Shown one piece after another: positions 21,041 through 30,568 of a stretch of 64,000 nucleotides of DNA. Every line of letters begins with the position of its first letter. Positions within the stretch are counted from its first letter, which is position 1. The notes below the pieces were generated by a model that was not told the DNA's origin, did not search any database, and saw only the letters and a program-made list of their open reading frames with translations. Position numbers and translations under genes: made by a program. The DNA comes from Patescibacteria group bacterium (GTDB lineage: Bacteria > Patescibacteriota > Patescibacteriia > SG8-24), in the NCBI GenBank assembly GCA_041667185.1, contig JBAYFM010000005.1, forward strand, positions 9,285 through 73,284, in the 5' to 3' direction.

Positions 21041-22891
21041 TCAAGGACACTTAGTGGCGTAACTGGCGTTCATACAGCCGGTAAAACACTTGCTTCGATC
21101 GGATCCAGCTTTCAACCAGGAGGAAATGCAGACGTTGGAACAATTAGACTTTTCGATCAGGTCGTTAATGGGATCGCAGCCGGCCAAACAGGCGTCATAG
21201 GGCCCCATACTATTATCAATGGCTTCACAGCCAGCTATACACTGATCATAGGCGTCTTGTTTAGCCTCTTCACAGTTCGGAGCTGGCGGCACAGGAGAAG
21301 GAGAAGGCGACGGTACCGGCGCGGGAGTCGGCACGATATCAAGATCGGGCATCGGCACGGGCTGAGGTCGAGGTTTCGGCGCGGGCACGGGCGCCGGCGG
21401 TACGGGATCAGAGTCCGGTTCCGGATCATCGAAAGGCTCCGGATCGACGAGAAGTTTCTTGGGCATCTCCGGGATCAGGAGCGAACCGAAAATGCCGTCC
21501 AGAACGCCGCCGCCTAAATACGTCATCTTTTTGAGAGGACCGTCGATGACAGCCTGTATATCCGCGCGCAGCGGCTGGTCCGGACGGGTTTTATCGATCG
21601 CCAAGAGCAGCCCCAGCACGTCATTCAAAGGACTGAGCCAGCCTGCCTTGGCGTCGTCGAGCGTATTCTCCATGATCTTGATCCCGGTCTTATCGTCCGC
21701 GACGGCTACGCCGACCGCCCACGGGACTTTCCAGCCTTTGACCGCGTCCAGGTCACCACGGACCATCACGTCGACCAGAATGGGCATGCCGACCGCGATC
21801 GCGACCCCGGCCGCGACCGGCAAGCCAGCCGTCGCCACCAGGCCGCCCGCCGCAAGATAGACCGGCAACATGGCGACGTTCATATAAAAACCAGCCGTCT
21901 CGTCCAGCGCGCCGCCGATCGTATTGAGCCAGCCGTTCGTATTCACGATCTTTTGACAGACGATGTCATTAAGCATGAGACCGCTCTGCATCTGGCTATC
22001 CGTATCGCCGATCACCATCGCCGAACAATCGGCTAAAGCGTCGGCCCTGGCGGCGGGTATGATCTCGAATGACGTCTCGTTGAGAGCCAGCATCCCCCGC
22101 TCCTCAAGCAGACCGAGGAAGCCGGCATAGAAAGCGTCGAGCCAAGCGAGATCATCGACGCTGAGGATTACCTTCGCTCCGCCGGCAATCGGCACGGCGA
22201 CCCTGGCCTTGGAATCATCGACGATCGTCGTCACCGCCGCGAACAGCTCTCGCAACGACCGCTCCGACTTCACGAACGACGGCTTGAGCTCCGACAGATC
22301 GGCCGGCAGACCGTCAGCCGCTTTCTTGAGGATGCTCGCACTCATGGCCAAAAACGCCCGGGCAATCTCTCCTTTTCTGATCTTACCGGCATCAGTACCT
22401 TTCAAAAAACTCGGGATCGCCGGCGCATAGATAAAGATGTTCCTGATCTCGTTCGATGTCCGGACTTCCAACTGATTACCGTCATTTTTGACCTGAACCA
22501 CCCGAAAAGAAACCTGATCGGGAGCGAACGCTCCTTTGGCTTTGTCGTACGCGATCGGCGGAACCGCGGCGATGACCTCGGTCGGTGTGACGCGTAGCGC
22601 CGGAATCGTCAGAATCTCGCCAATGTGCGTAGTGTAGATCACCGAAGTCGCAGCCGCTGCATCAAGACCCGCGCCTCTGATGGAAATAACATCGAACGGA
22701 TAGACCCCGTACTTGTCGAACTTGATGGCAATACTGCCATCGGCGGGCTGCTCAATAGTCTGCGACTTCTGATCAGCGACCAGCGACGAATCATGTAATT
22801 TATTCCACAAAAAGAACAGCGCCGGCAGGCCCAGGATGATGACGACCGCTGCCGTGATCCGTGTCGATCTCTTATCAATTCTTATTCTCAT
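21041..22891 (-). CDS. Large membrane-anchored/secreted protein with Pro-rich linker and Cys-rich C-terminus
   Basis: N-terminal TM, an Ig/IPT-like segment, PxPxP linker and repeated CxxxC motifs. Confidence 0.75.
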   Translation of the reverse strand: MRIRIDKRSTRITAAVVIILGLPALFFLWNKLHDSSLVADQKSQTIEQPADGSIAIKFDKYGVYPFDVISIRGAGLDAAAATSVIYTTHIGEILTIPALRVTPTEVIAAVPPIAYDKAKGAFAPDQVSFRVVQVKNDGNQLEVRTSNEIRNIFIYAPAIPSFLKGTDAGKIRKGEIARAFLAMSASILKKAADGLPADLSELKPSFVKSERSLRELFAAVTTIVDDSKARVAVPIAGGAKVILSVDDLAWLDAFYAGFLGLLEERGMLALNETSFEIIPAARADALADCSAMVIGDTDSQMQSGLMLNDIVCQKIVNTNGWLNTIGGALDETAGFYMNVAMLPVYLAAGGLVATAGLPVAAGVAIAVGMPILVDVMVRGDLDAVKGWKVPWAVGVAVADDKTGIKIMENTLDDAKAGWLSPLNDVLGLLLAIDKTRPDQPLRADIQAVIDGPLKKMTYLGGGVLDGIFGSLLIPEMPKKLLVDPEPFDDPEPDSDPVPPAPVPAPKPRPQPVPMPDLDIVPTPAPVPSPSPSPVPPAPNCEEAKQDAYDQCIAGCEAIDNSMGPYDACLAGCDPINDLIEKSNCSNVCISSWLKAGSDRSKCFTGCMNASYATKCP

Positions 22892-23123
22892 ATCGGCCTC
22901 GTTTTAGGTACGGCCCGCTTAGCGGAGAAAAATGCCCGGCGGGGGCTGAATTTCGCTTTAATTATAGTTCAATTCCAGCCCAAAGTATACGCGCAGCCGC
23001 TCCAACCGACTGACTTATCCCCAAAAGGTGTCAGGTACCTTTTGGGGATAACTTCGAGGCAGAATTGACTGAGAACGGCGGATGCCGCAAACTGACCGCG
23101 TTGTTCTTTCCAGGAGGTTACCC

Positions 23124-23639
23124 ATGATCAGTTCGCCAACGACGCTTCGCGGAGTTCTCCATCTTTGGACCGAAACCGGCACCGAAGGCGGCTACTGGTC
23201 TTTCCAGGACGAGCGCTTCATCACGCCGAACACCACGCGCTTCTCCTGCCGCAAGTGCGGCGCCTGCTGGGACAAGACCAGCCACCCCGCCGTCCCGCCC
23301 GTGGACGATCCAGCCAGCGGCCACCGGACTCTGTTCGGCGATTCGTACTGCGCGCCCGGCGCGCACGACTTCCAGCTGACCTGCGCGGAAGACTGGTCCT
23401 ACGAAGGCCTGCACGTCCTGAAGGACGGCGACAAACTGGTCATCTTCGATAAGACCGACCCTTCCAGAGTACTCTGGTCGGGTACGATCAGTCTGCGCCA
23501 ATATCCGCTCTTCACGGAAGATGCGTCCGGCTACTGGATCCATGCCACCCAAAAAGGCATCGACCGCCAGCAATGGGCGGGATGGTTCTTAAGAGAATAT
23601 CCGGCCGAGCTTACACCCGCGCCGGATACGACGCCCTAG
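23124..23639 (+). CDS. Hypothetical protein
   Basis: SD AGGAGG before ATG 23124, coding-like codon usage, CxxCxxC segment. Confidence 0.7.
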   Translation: MISSPTTLRGVLHLWTETGTEGGYWSFQDERFITPNTTRFSCRKCGACWDKTSHPAVPPVDDPASGHRTLFGDSYCAPGAHDFQLTCAEDWSYEGLHVLKDGDKLVIFDKTDPSRVLWSGTISLRQYPLFTEDASGYWIHATQKGIDRQQWAGWFLREYPAELTPAPDTTP

Positions 23640-23756
23640 TTCATCAGCTCTTCGGTTCACAACTCCTCCCGACTGGGAGGAGTTTATTTTTGGTTGATTT
23701 GACTTTACCGCCGCCTCGGATAACATAGCCGCAGGTTCTTTACATGGGAGATCATC

Positions 23757-24365
23757 ATGGCAGAATCGTTCATCATCGCGATCGCCGGAGGATCCGGATC
23801 CGGAAAATCCACGCTCACCGACAACCTCGCGCACTCGGCGTTGGCTGGCCGCGTTTCCGTCTTGCGACTCGATTATTATTTCCGGCCCGAAAACCGCATA
23901 CCGCTCGCCGCGGACGGCTCGCTCAATTACGACCATCCATCAGCCCTGGATATCCGTCGTTTCGTGCTGGATCTGCGGATACTGCGCCAGGGCCAGCCTG
24001 TCGAAGTGAACATCCAGGATCCGCGAATGGCCCGGATCGAACAGGTGGCGGAAGGCGGAACCAAGCGCATTCCGGCGGCACCCATCATCGTCGTTGACGG
24101 TTTCCTGGCGCTCTGGCCGCCGGCCGCGCGATCGCTATTTGATTTCTCGGTCTTCCTCGACGCTCCTGTCGACCTGAGGCTCAAACGGCGGCTGCCGGTC
24201 CAAAACCGACGCTATCTCGAAGAGGTCTTCCAGCCCATGGAGGCGCGCTACGTGATGCCGACGAAAACTTATGCCGATCTGGTCCTCAACGTCGCCGCGC
24301 TGCCGCCCGATCTCGTCCTCCAGCAGGTGCTGGACGCGCTGCAGCTCCGCCACCGGGAACACTGA
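23757..24365 (+). CDS. udk: Uridine kinase family protein
   Basis: IAIAGGSGSGKST, LDYYF, NYDHPSALD and PTKTYADLV. Confidence 0.8.
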   Translation: MAESFIIAIAGGSGSGKSTLTDNLAHSALAGRVSVLRLDYYFRPENRIPLAADGSLNYDHPSALDIRRFVLDLRILRQGQPVEVNIQDPRMARIEQVAEGGTKRIPAAPIIVVDGFLALWPPAARSLFDFSVFLDAPVDLRLKRRLPVQNRRYLEEVFQPMEARYVMPTKTYADLVLNVAALPPDLVLQQVLDALQLRHREH

Positions 24366-24581
24366 CCGCGAACAAAGCTTTCCCAAAGCCCGCTACCCGG
24401 GCTTTTTATTTTTACAGAAAATCATCGCGGCGGGATCGCGCCCGCTTGTTTTCGGCGAAAAACGGGAGTATATTATTCCAGCGCAGCCGCGAGCTCTTTA
24501 CAGCCGACCCGAACGTCTGGTAATAATTATGCGCGCGCTCGGCAAGTATCCAACCGCTCGCCGCCAGATAAAAACCGATCC

Positions 24582-24655
24582 GGGGGAGTAGTTAAATGGT
24601 ATAACTGCGGTCTCCAAAACCGCTATCGTGGGTTCGATTCCTACCTCCCCCGCCA
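24582..24655 (+). tRNA. tRNA-Trp(CCA)
   Basis: Cloverleaf GGGGGAG...GCGGT-CTCCAAA-ACCGC...GGTTCGATTCC...CTCCCCCGCCA. Confidence 0.95.
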
Positions 24656-24657
24656 TC

Positions 24658-24693
24658 TAAAAGCAGCATTCCGATCCAGAATGCTGCTTTTAG
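24658..24693. terminator. Bidirectional terminator between tRNA-Trp and rpmG
   Basis: TAAAAGCAGCATTC-cgatcca-GAATGCTGCTTTTA. Confidence 0.7.
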
Positions 24694-24747
24694 TATTCCT
24701 GAAACTCGCTTGCCAAAAGCCGCCGGTTTTGGGCCGACGGCTTCCAA

Positions 24748-24903
24748 TTACTTGGTCTCCTTGTGAGGCGCGTGCTTCTTGCACCATTTGCAGAACTTGG
24801 CGAGCTCCAGGCGCTCCTTGAGCTTCTTCTTGTTCTTCTTGGACTGGTAATTGACGCGCTTGCAGGCGGTGCATTCCAGTTTGATGAGTGATTCCTGAGA
24901 CAT
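24748..24903 (-). CDS. rpmG: 50S ribosomal protein L33 (Zn-binding form)
   Basis: IKLECTAC...NY...KNKK...[20 protein letters not shown]. Confidence 0.95.
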   Translation of the reverse strand: MSQESLIKLECTACKRVNYQSKKNKKKLKERLELAKFCKWCKKHAPHKETK

Positions 24904-24965
24904 ATGATCTAATGGATAGTGTTCCGGGAGCTTACCCCCCTTTTCCAAATGTGTCCAGTATTGAG

Positions 24966-25041
24966 TGGAGCCACCTCCCGGGATCGAACCGGGGACCTAC
25001 AGTTTACAAAACTGTTGCTCTACCGGCTGAGCTAAGGTGGC
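24966..25041 (-). tRNA. tRNA-Thr(TGT)
   Basis: Reverse complement GCCACCTTAGCTCAG...ACAGT-TTTGTAA-ACTGT...GGTTCGATCC...GGTGGCTCCA. Confidence 0.95.
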
Positions 25042-25049
25042 GCAGCTTG

Positions 25050-25182
25050 CCACCCGAAGCTTCCGCTCCAGACAGCAGTAGTCCCCCTTCGCTGAAGCTT
25101 CCTCCTCCGCTAAAGCCATGGAGAACAAATCAGGTGACACCCTTCGCCTTCTCACTTCTCGGTGTCAGGAAGCGGAGGGTGG
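25050..25182. repeat. tRNA-3'-abutting nested palindromic element (after tRNA-Tyr)
   Basis: CCACCCGAAGCTTCC...GGAAGCGGAGGGTGG; homologous to 25326-25427. Confidence 0.75.
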
Positions 25183-25264
25183 TGGGCAGGCTAGGATTCG
25201 AACCTAGGAAGGCATAGCCAGCAGATTTACAGTCTGCCCCGTTTGACCGCTTCGGTACCTGCCC
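25180..25264 (-). tRNA. tRNA-Tyr(GTA)
   Basis: Reverse complement GGGCAGGTACCGAAGCGG...GCAGA-CTGTAAA-TCTGC, long variable arm, ...CTGCCCACCA. Confidence 0.95.
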
Positions 25265-25325
25265 TTGCAGCCCGCCGCCCAAATCCTTGGACAGGAGCTC
25301 CCGCCTCGCGGCGGGTATTGGTTTA

Positions 25326-25427
25326 CCACCCGAAGCTTCCGCTCCGAGCAGCATGTCCCCCTTCGCTGAAACTTCGGGGGACCACCCTTCGCTCTCTCAT
25401 TCTTATGGATCAGGAAGCGAAGGGTGG
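25326..25427. repeat. tRNA-3'-abutting nested palindromic element (after tRNA-Thr GGT)
   Basis: CCACCCGAAGCTTCC...GTCCCCCTTCGCTGAAACTTCGGGGGAC...GGAAGCGAAGGGTGG. Confidence 0.75.
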
Positions 25428-25500
25428 AGCCGACGACCGGGATTGAACCGGTGACCTTCTCCTTACCATGGAGATGCTCTACCAGCTGAGCTACGTCGGC
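25425..25500 (-). tRNA. tRNA-Thr(GGT)
   Basis: Reverse complement GCCGACGTAGCTCAG...TCTCC-ATGGTAA-GGAGA...GGTTCAATCC...GTCGGCTCCA. Confidence 0.95.
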
Positions 25501-25546
25501 GTATCGCGTATGATTTTTTGATGAACTTCCTGAGCACACCTTATTA

Positions 25547-25718
25547 GAGATGCTCTACGGCGCAGGTCGGTCCGCGGCAGCGGACTGACATTATAGACTA
25601 AAGCGCCGGTGGGCGCCACTTCTCGCCGTATGCCGCCTGGTCCCTGGGCGCAGCCCAGGGCGGCATACCAGCTGAGCTACGTCGGCGTATCGCGTATTAT
25701 TTTTTGATGAACTTCCTG
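25547..25718 (-). repeat. Duplicated leader and 5' part of tRNA-Thr(GGT), interrupted by a 110-bp structured insert in the D-loop
   Basis: 25669-25718 repeats 25483-25532 with 1 mismatch, and 25547-25558 repeats 25471-25482. The insert 25559-25668 lies between them. Confidence 0.9.
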
Positions 25719-25758
25719 GGGTTGTGTACAACTTTTTGACGACCGAGAAATATTATAC

Positions 25759-26676
25759 CTATTTTCCTTTTTTGGGAATTTTTAAGACGGTGCCAACCGG
25801 CATCGCCGCTATCCTGTCGTATAAAGACTGGAGCTTCTGGTTGTCGGGGTTCGCCGCCTTAAGCTGACCGAACACCTCCATCGCCCTGCCTTTATCGCCT
25901 ACCAGTATACACGCCTCTATTAACAAATCAAGATGTTTGGGGTTCGCCGGCTCATGGGCCACCGCGCCCTCAAGCGCCTCCCTGGCCCCGGCCACATCCC
26001 CCATCGCCCGGCAGGCGTTGCTCAGGTCGAAATAACTTTTGGCGATCTCGGCCTGGACGGCCGGCGGCGCCGAACACGGAACGGTCCGGCGATGATGATC
26101 GGCGGCGTGTCCGTGGGCGGATTGATCCTTCACGCTGAGCCGCACCAGAAATTCGAACGTCTCCTTGGCCTGGGAATAATTCTTGGCCTCCAGATAGATC
26201 TGTCCGAGCCCGCGGTAGGCTTCGGCGTTGCGCTGGTCGAGCTTGATAGCCTCCAGATATTTCTTCTCAGCCTCCGGCGTCTTGCCGAGCACCAGGAGTT
26301 CGGACGCCTCGGCGATCAGTTGGGCGGCGGACTCGCGGACTTCGGCCACGGTCGGAGTCGGCGGCACTGTAGCCGGTTCCTGGAATTTCTTCTCGAGCTG
26401 CAGCAGCCGGCGATATTGCGCCCGGAAACCGGCGCGGATCCGGCCGAAGAACGGTCCCACACGATCGCAGAACCGGCGCCAGGAGTCGATCGACATGCGG
26501 CCGACCCGTTCATGGATGATCTCTTTCTTCTTTTTATTCTCGCGCTCCTTGGGCAGCGTCGCTGTGTCGATGAGCGTCAGCTGCGGGAACTTGCGGGCCA
26601 GGATCACGGCAACGCCAAGCAAGCTGCCGATGACGATGCTGAAAGCCACGAGATAGAAAGTCATAAGATTGATCAA
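25759..26676 (-). CDS. Membrane-anchored TPR protein
   Basis: N-terminal TM; TPR motifs AEKKYLEAIKLD..NAEAYRGLG and others. Confidence 0.85.
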   Translation of the reverse strand: MINLMTFYLVAFSIVIGSLLGVAVILARKFPQLTLIDTATLPKERENKKKKEIIHERVGRMSIDSWRRFCDRVGPFFGRIRAGFRAQYRRLLQLEKKFQEPATVPPTPTVAEVRESAAQLIAEASELLVLGKTPEAEKKYLEAIKLDQRNAEAYRGLGQIYLEAKNYSQAKETFEFLVRLSVKDQSAHGHAADHHRRTVPCSAPPAVQAEIAKSYFDLSNACRAMGDVAGAREALEGAVAHEPANPKHLDLLIEACILVGDKGRAMEVFGQLKAANPDNQKLQSLYDRIAAMPVGTVLKIPKKGK

Positions 26677-27449
26677 CCGGCGTCAGCGGCGAGCTCCGCC
26701 ATCTTCACGAACTCCGCGGCCCGAAGCGAGGCGCCGCCGACGAGCGCACCCTGGATGAGATCGACGGCCAGGAAAGCGGCCAGATTCTGGGTGTCGGCCG
26801 AACCGCCGTAGATGATGGAAAAATACTGCTCGACGATGTCGTTCGGCAGGAGGTCGTAAAGAGTTTCCTTGATGAGCCGGTGCATCGACGCGGCGTCGTC
26901 CGGCGCCACGGCCTGGCCAGTGCCGATGACCCAGCGCGGCTCATAGGCGATGATGATCCGCTGCGTGCCCACCGGACGATTGTCCTGCAGTGCGGCCCTG
27001 ACCTGGCCGATGACCACGGAGTCGCGCTTGCCGGCGCGGCGTTCTTCGAGCGTCTCGCCGACGCAAATGACCGGAGTGATGCTGTGCCGCAAGAGAGCCG
27101 CGACCTTCTTCTGGACCATCGCGTCGGTTTCGCCGAGGAAACCGCGGCGCTCCGAATGGCCGACGATGCAGAACTCGCAGCCCAGCTCCTTGAGCGTCGC
27201 GGCGGCGATCTCGCCGGTGAACGCACCCTTATCCTCCCAGAAGACGTCCTGCGCGCCCATGGCGACCGAAGTGCCGTTCACGATCTTGTGGACCGCATCC
27301 AAAGACACGTGCGACGGACAGACCACCACGACCGTGTCGGGCTGGCCCGCGCCCTGGGCGCCCCACAGCTTCACGACCTCGCGCGCCAATTCGACGCTCG
27401 CGGCGGCGTTCAGCTGCATTTTCCAGTTGGCGATCAGGTAGCGCTTCAT
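26673..27449 (-). CDS. tpiA: Triosephosphate isomerase
   Basis: ANWKM, GHSERR, AYEPRWVIGTG, YGGS and LVGGASL. Confidence 0.96.
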   Translation of the reverse strand: MKRYLIANWKMQLNAAASVELAREVVKLWGAQGAGQPDTVVVVCPSHVSLDAVHKIVNGTSVAMGAQDVFWEDKGAFTGEIAAATLKELGCEFCIVGHSERRGFLGETDAMVQKKVAALLRHSITPVICVGETLEERRAGKRDSVVIGQVRAALQDNRPVGTQRIIIAYEPRWVIGTGQAVAPDDAASMHRLIKETLYDLLPNDIVEQYFSIIYGGSADTQNLAAFLAVDLIQGALVGGASLRAAEFVKMAELAADAG

Positions 27450-28732
27450 AAGAGCTCGGCGTGTTTCGTGAAAGCCGTTCCGTCCTCGTAAGGACCGATG
27501 ATGGCGGTGGTCATGCGCTTGGCGCGGAAGATGTCGGCGGCGACGCGCCGGACTTCGTCTTTCGTGACCGCGGCGATCTTCTTGAGCTTGTCCTCGGGCG
27601 TATCGGTGCGCCGGACCAGGAGCTCCTGCTTGGCGTACCAGTCGGCGAGCTGGCTCGAATCCTCAAGCCCCAGCACCGTGCGGCCCTTGATGTTCTCCTT
27701 GGCGCGGGACAGCTCTTCAGCCGTGACGTCGGAGCTGGCAATCTTGTGGAGTTCCTTGACGATGATATTGAGCGCCTGCTCGAGGCGATCCTTGGCGAGA
27801 CCGGCCTGGATGGCGAGCGTGCCGACATCCTGATACGGATTGGACGCGGAGCGGATGAAATAAGCCAGCCCCTCTTTTTCGCGGACGGTCAGGAACAGGC
27901 GCGAGCTCATGGTGCCGCCGAGGATATTACTCATCACGTTCAGAGCCGCGAGGCGCGGGTGGCCGTACGGATAGGCCGGGAAACCCAGCGCCAGCTGGAC
28001 CTGTTCGGTCTCCTTGGTGAGCAGTCGAACGCGCGGTTTGTTGTAGCAGGTCCGGCCGGCAGCGAAAGGCAGATACGGCTTCGCGGCCTTGCCCGGCTTG
28101 CGGCTCCCCCATTTCTGTCTGATGAGCGCCAGCGCCTCCTCCTCGTCGAACTTGCCGGCGATCGCCACGACCGTGCGTTCCGGCGCGTAGTAGGCGTCGC
28201 GATATTTCACGAGCTCCTCGCGACCGATGCCCATCATGGTCTCGACGGTTCCGGTGATGCGGCGGCCGAGCGGCGTGCCGCAGAAAACCTCCTGCTCCAT
28301 CAGTTCCTCGACGAGCATCAGCGGATTATCCTCGTACATGCGGATCTCCTCGATGATGACCTTGCGTTCGGAATCCAGGTCCTGAGGACGATACAGCGAA
28401 TGATAAACCATGTCCTCGAGCATGTCGGCCGCCAGCTCGAGTTTGTCGGCCTGAAGCTTGATGTAATAGCCGGTGTAATCCTTGCTGGTGAAAGCGTTGT
28501 ATTCCGCGCCGACCGCATCGAGATCGCGCGAAATGGACATGGTGTTGGGGCGGCGTTCCGTACCCTTGAACATCATGTGCTCGATGTAGTGCGAGGCGCC
28601 GGACAAGGCCTCGGTCTCATAACGCGAACCGACCTCATAAAGAGTGAGGACCGTGACCGAAGACACGTCCTTGTGGGGCACCAGGATGACGCGGGTGCCG
28701 TTCGGAAGCTCGATCTTCTTGTAAGCGCTCAT
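27446..28732 (-). CDS. M16 (pitrilysin) family zinc peptidase
   Basis: HYIEHMMFKGT (HXXEH), NAFTS and SSRLF. Confidence 0.93.
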   Translation of the reverse strand: MSAYKKIELPNGTRVILVPHKDVSSVTVLTLYEVGSRYETEALSGASHYIEHMMFKGTERRPNTMSISRDLDAVGAEYNAFTSKDYTGYYIKLQADKLELAADMLEDMVYHSLYRPQDLDSERKVIIEEIRMYEDNPLMLVEELMEQEVFCGTPLGRRITGTVETMMGIGREELVKYRDAYYAPERTVVAIAGKFDEEEALALIRQKWGSRKPGKAAKPYLPFAAGRTCYNKPRVRLLTKETEQVQLALGFPAYPYGHPRLAALNVMSNILGGTMSSRLFLTVREKEGLAYFIRSASNPYQDVGTLAIQAGLAKDRLEQALNIIVKELHKIASSDVTAEELSRAKENIKGRTVLGLEDSSQLADWYAKQELLVRRTDTPEDKLKKIAAVTKDEVRRVAADIFRAKRMTTAIIGPYEDGTAFTKHAELL

Positions 28733-28740
28733 AAACGGCG

Positions 28741-30120
28741 TCAGCAACCGAGCTTGGAAGCGAGATAAGCCTCGACCTCGGCGATAGCGACGCGCTCCTG
28801 AGCCATGGTGTCGCGATCGCGGACGGTCACTTTCTGGTCGTTCGGGGTCTCGAAATCCACCGTGAGACAGAACGGCGTGCCGATCTCGTCCTGGCGGCGG
28901 TAGCGGCGGCCGATGGAACCGGACTCGTCGTACTGGACGGACCAGCGTTTGGCGAGCTGCGCGCGAAGCTTCTTGCTGATCTCGGCGAGCGGTTCTTTCT
29001 TCGACAGCGGCAGGATCGCGGCCTTGACCGGCGCGAGCGTCGGATGCAACCGCAGCACGACCTCGACCTCCTTGTCAGCTTCGGTGGTCGTCGTGCGGCC
29101 GCCTTCAACCTCGTCGTAAGCGTCGATGAGCAGCGCGAGCACGGCGCGGTCGAGTCCGAGCGACGGTTCGATGACGTATGGCAGATAGCGCTCGTTCGTG
29201 ACATCGTCGCGATAGCTCAGATCCTGGCCGCTCGCCTGCGAATGCTGCTTGAGATCGAAATCCGTCCGATTGGCGCAGCCCCAGAGTTCCGCCCAGCCCC
29301 ACGGGAACTCGTATTCGAGATCCACCGTGCGCTTGGAATAATGCGACAGGTCTTCCTTGGGATGTTCGTAATAGCGGAACTTCTCGCTCTTGCCGCCGAG
29401 TCTCACGAACCAATCCATCATGAAAGCCTTCCAGGTCTCGAACCATTCTTCGTCAGTGCCGGGCTTCACGAAAAATTCCAACTCCATCTGTTCGAACTCG
29501 CGGGTGCGGAAAGTGAAATTGCCGGGCGTGATCTCGTTCCGGAACGCCTTGCCGGTCTGGGCGATGCCGAACGGGATGCGTTTTCGGGAGGTCTGCTGGG
29601 CGTTCAGGAAATTGACGAAGATGCCCTGCGCGGTCTCGGGGCGCAGGTAGACGACCGCGGCCGCGTCCTCGAGCGGGCCCATGAACGTCTTGAACATCAT
29701 GTTGAACTGGCGGATGTCCGTGAGCTCGCTGTCGCACTCTGGGCACCTGATGTCCTTGATCGTCAGCGGTTTCTCGCGGAGGCCTTTCATTTCGCGCGAA
29801 CGAGCCTCGAGCAGATGATCGGCGCGGAAGCGCTTCTTGCAGCCTTTGCAATCCACGAGCGGGTCAGTGAAGCTCTGCAGGTGGCCGGAAGCCTCCCAGA
29901 CTTTCGGCGCCATGAGGATAGCCGAATCCAGCCCGACGACGTCGTCGCGCTCCTGGACCACGGCGCGCCACCAGGCTTGCCGGACGTTATTCTTGAGCAG
30001 GACGCCTAACGGACCGTAGTCGTAAGCCGAACCCAGGCCGCCATAGATCTCGGAGCCGGGAAAAATGAAGCCGCGGCGCTTGGCCAGGGCAACGATCTTC
30101 TCCATTTGCTTCTCTTTCAT
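28741..30120 (-). CDS. glyS: Glycine--tRNA ligase (alpha2/GlyQS type)
   Basis: [42 protein letters not shown] and [13 protein letters not shown]. Confidence 0.96.
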   Translation of the reverse strand: MKEKQMEKIVALAKRRGFIFPGSEIYGGLGSAYDYGPLGVLLKNNVRQAWWRAVVQERDDVVGLDSAILMAPKVWEASGHLQSFTDPLVDCKGCKKRFRADHLLEARSREMKGLREKPLTIKDIRCPECDSELTDIRQFNMMFKTFMGPLEDAAAVVYLRPETAQGIFVNFLNAQQTSRKRIPFGIAQTGKAFRNEITPGNFTFRTREFEQMELEFFVKPGTDEEWFETWKAFMMDWFVRLGGKSEKFRYYEHPKEDLSHYSKRTVDLEYEFPWGWAELWGCANRTDFDLKQHSQASGQDLSYRDDVTNERYLPYVIEPSLGLDRAVLALLIDAYDEVEGGRTTTTEADKEVEVVLRLHPTLAPVKAAILPLSKKEPLAEISKKLRAQLAKRWSVQYDESGSIGRRYRRQDEIGTPFCLTVDFETPNDQKVTVRDRDTMAQERVAIAEVEAYLASKLGC

Positions 30121-30366
30121 AATAATAAAAACTGCTTTTAACAGGGTCGTGCTGGATAAAAATAGCATAACGGCCGCTGAGTTACAATGAGATCGGCTTG
30201 GCCGGATCGATAGCGCCGTCTTCCCAGCCGCCGCTGCCGCTAGCACCACGGATAAGCTGAAGAGTGTCCCAGGCTCTCCGGGCCTTCGCTGGGTTTAGCC
30301 GAAATATTTTTGGGGACAGTCCCCAAAAAAAAGACTCCGTCACGAGTGTGGCGGGGTCTTGGCAAC

Positions 30367-30560
30367 AAAAAAATCCCGGAAAACGAGCTGGAGATGGAAC
30401 TTGGGTTATTCCGCAAGCGGACTCCCAAGCGACGGCGCTTCCATTGGTTACTGCCAGTCGAAACCGGCTGCTACCGACTTCTGCGCCACCTAGACCTTAG
30501 AGCCGAAGCCCGGCGGTCTAGGTACCCCCTCCATTTCGTTTTCCGGGATCAATTTCAATG
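30367..30560 (-). ncRNA. Candidate ~180-190 nt structured non-coding RNA (unassigned; 6S-sized)
   Basis: Long closing stem 30373-30393/30529-30549; three internal arms capped by UUCG, UUCG and CUUG on the minus strand; upstream sigma70 promoter and downstream U-tract. Confidence 0.6.
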
Positions 30561-30568
30561 AACATAGT

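Noticed and set aside
25547-25686. Intron-containing functional tRNA gene
   Set aside because: The copy stops before a complete anticodon arm and has no T-arm or acceptor 3' strand. The insert is too short for a group I or II intron.
30250-30560. T-box riboswitch upstream of glyS
   Set aside because: No T-box antiterminator consensus (UGGNACC in the proper context) or stem I specifier motifs could be identified.
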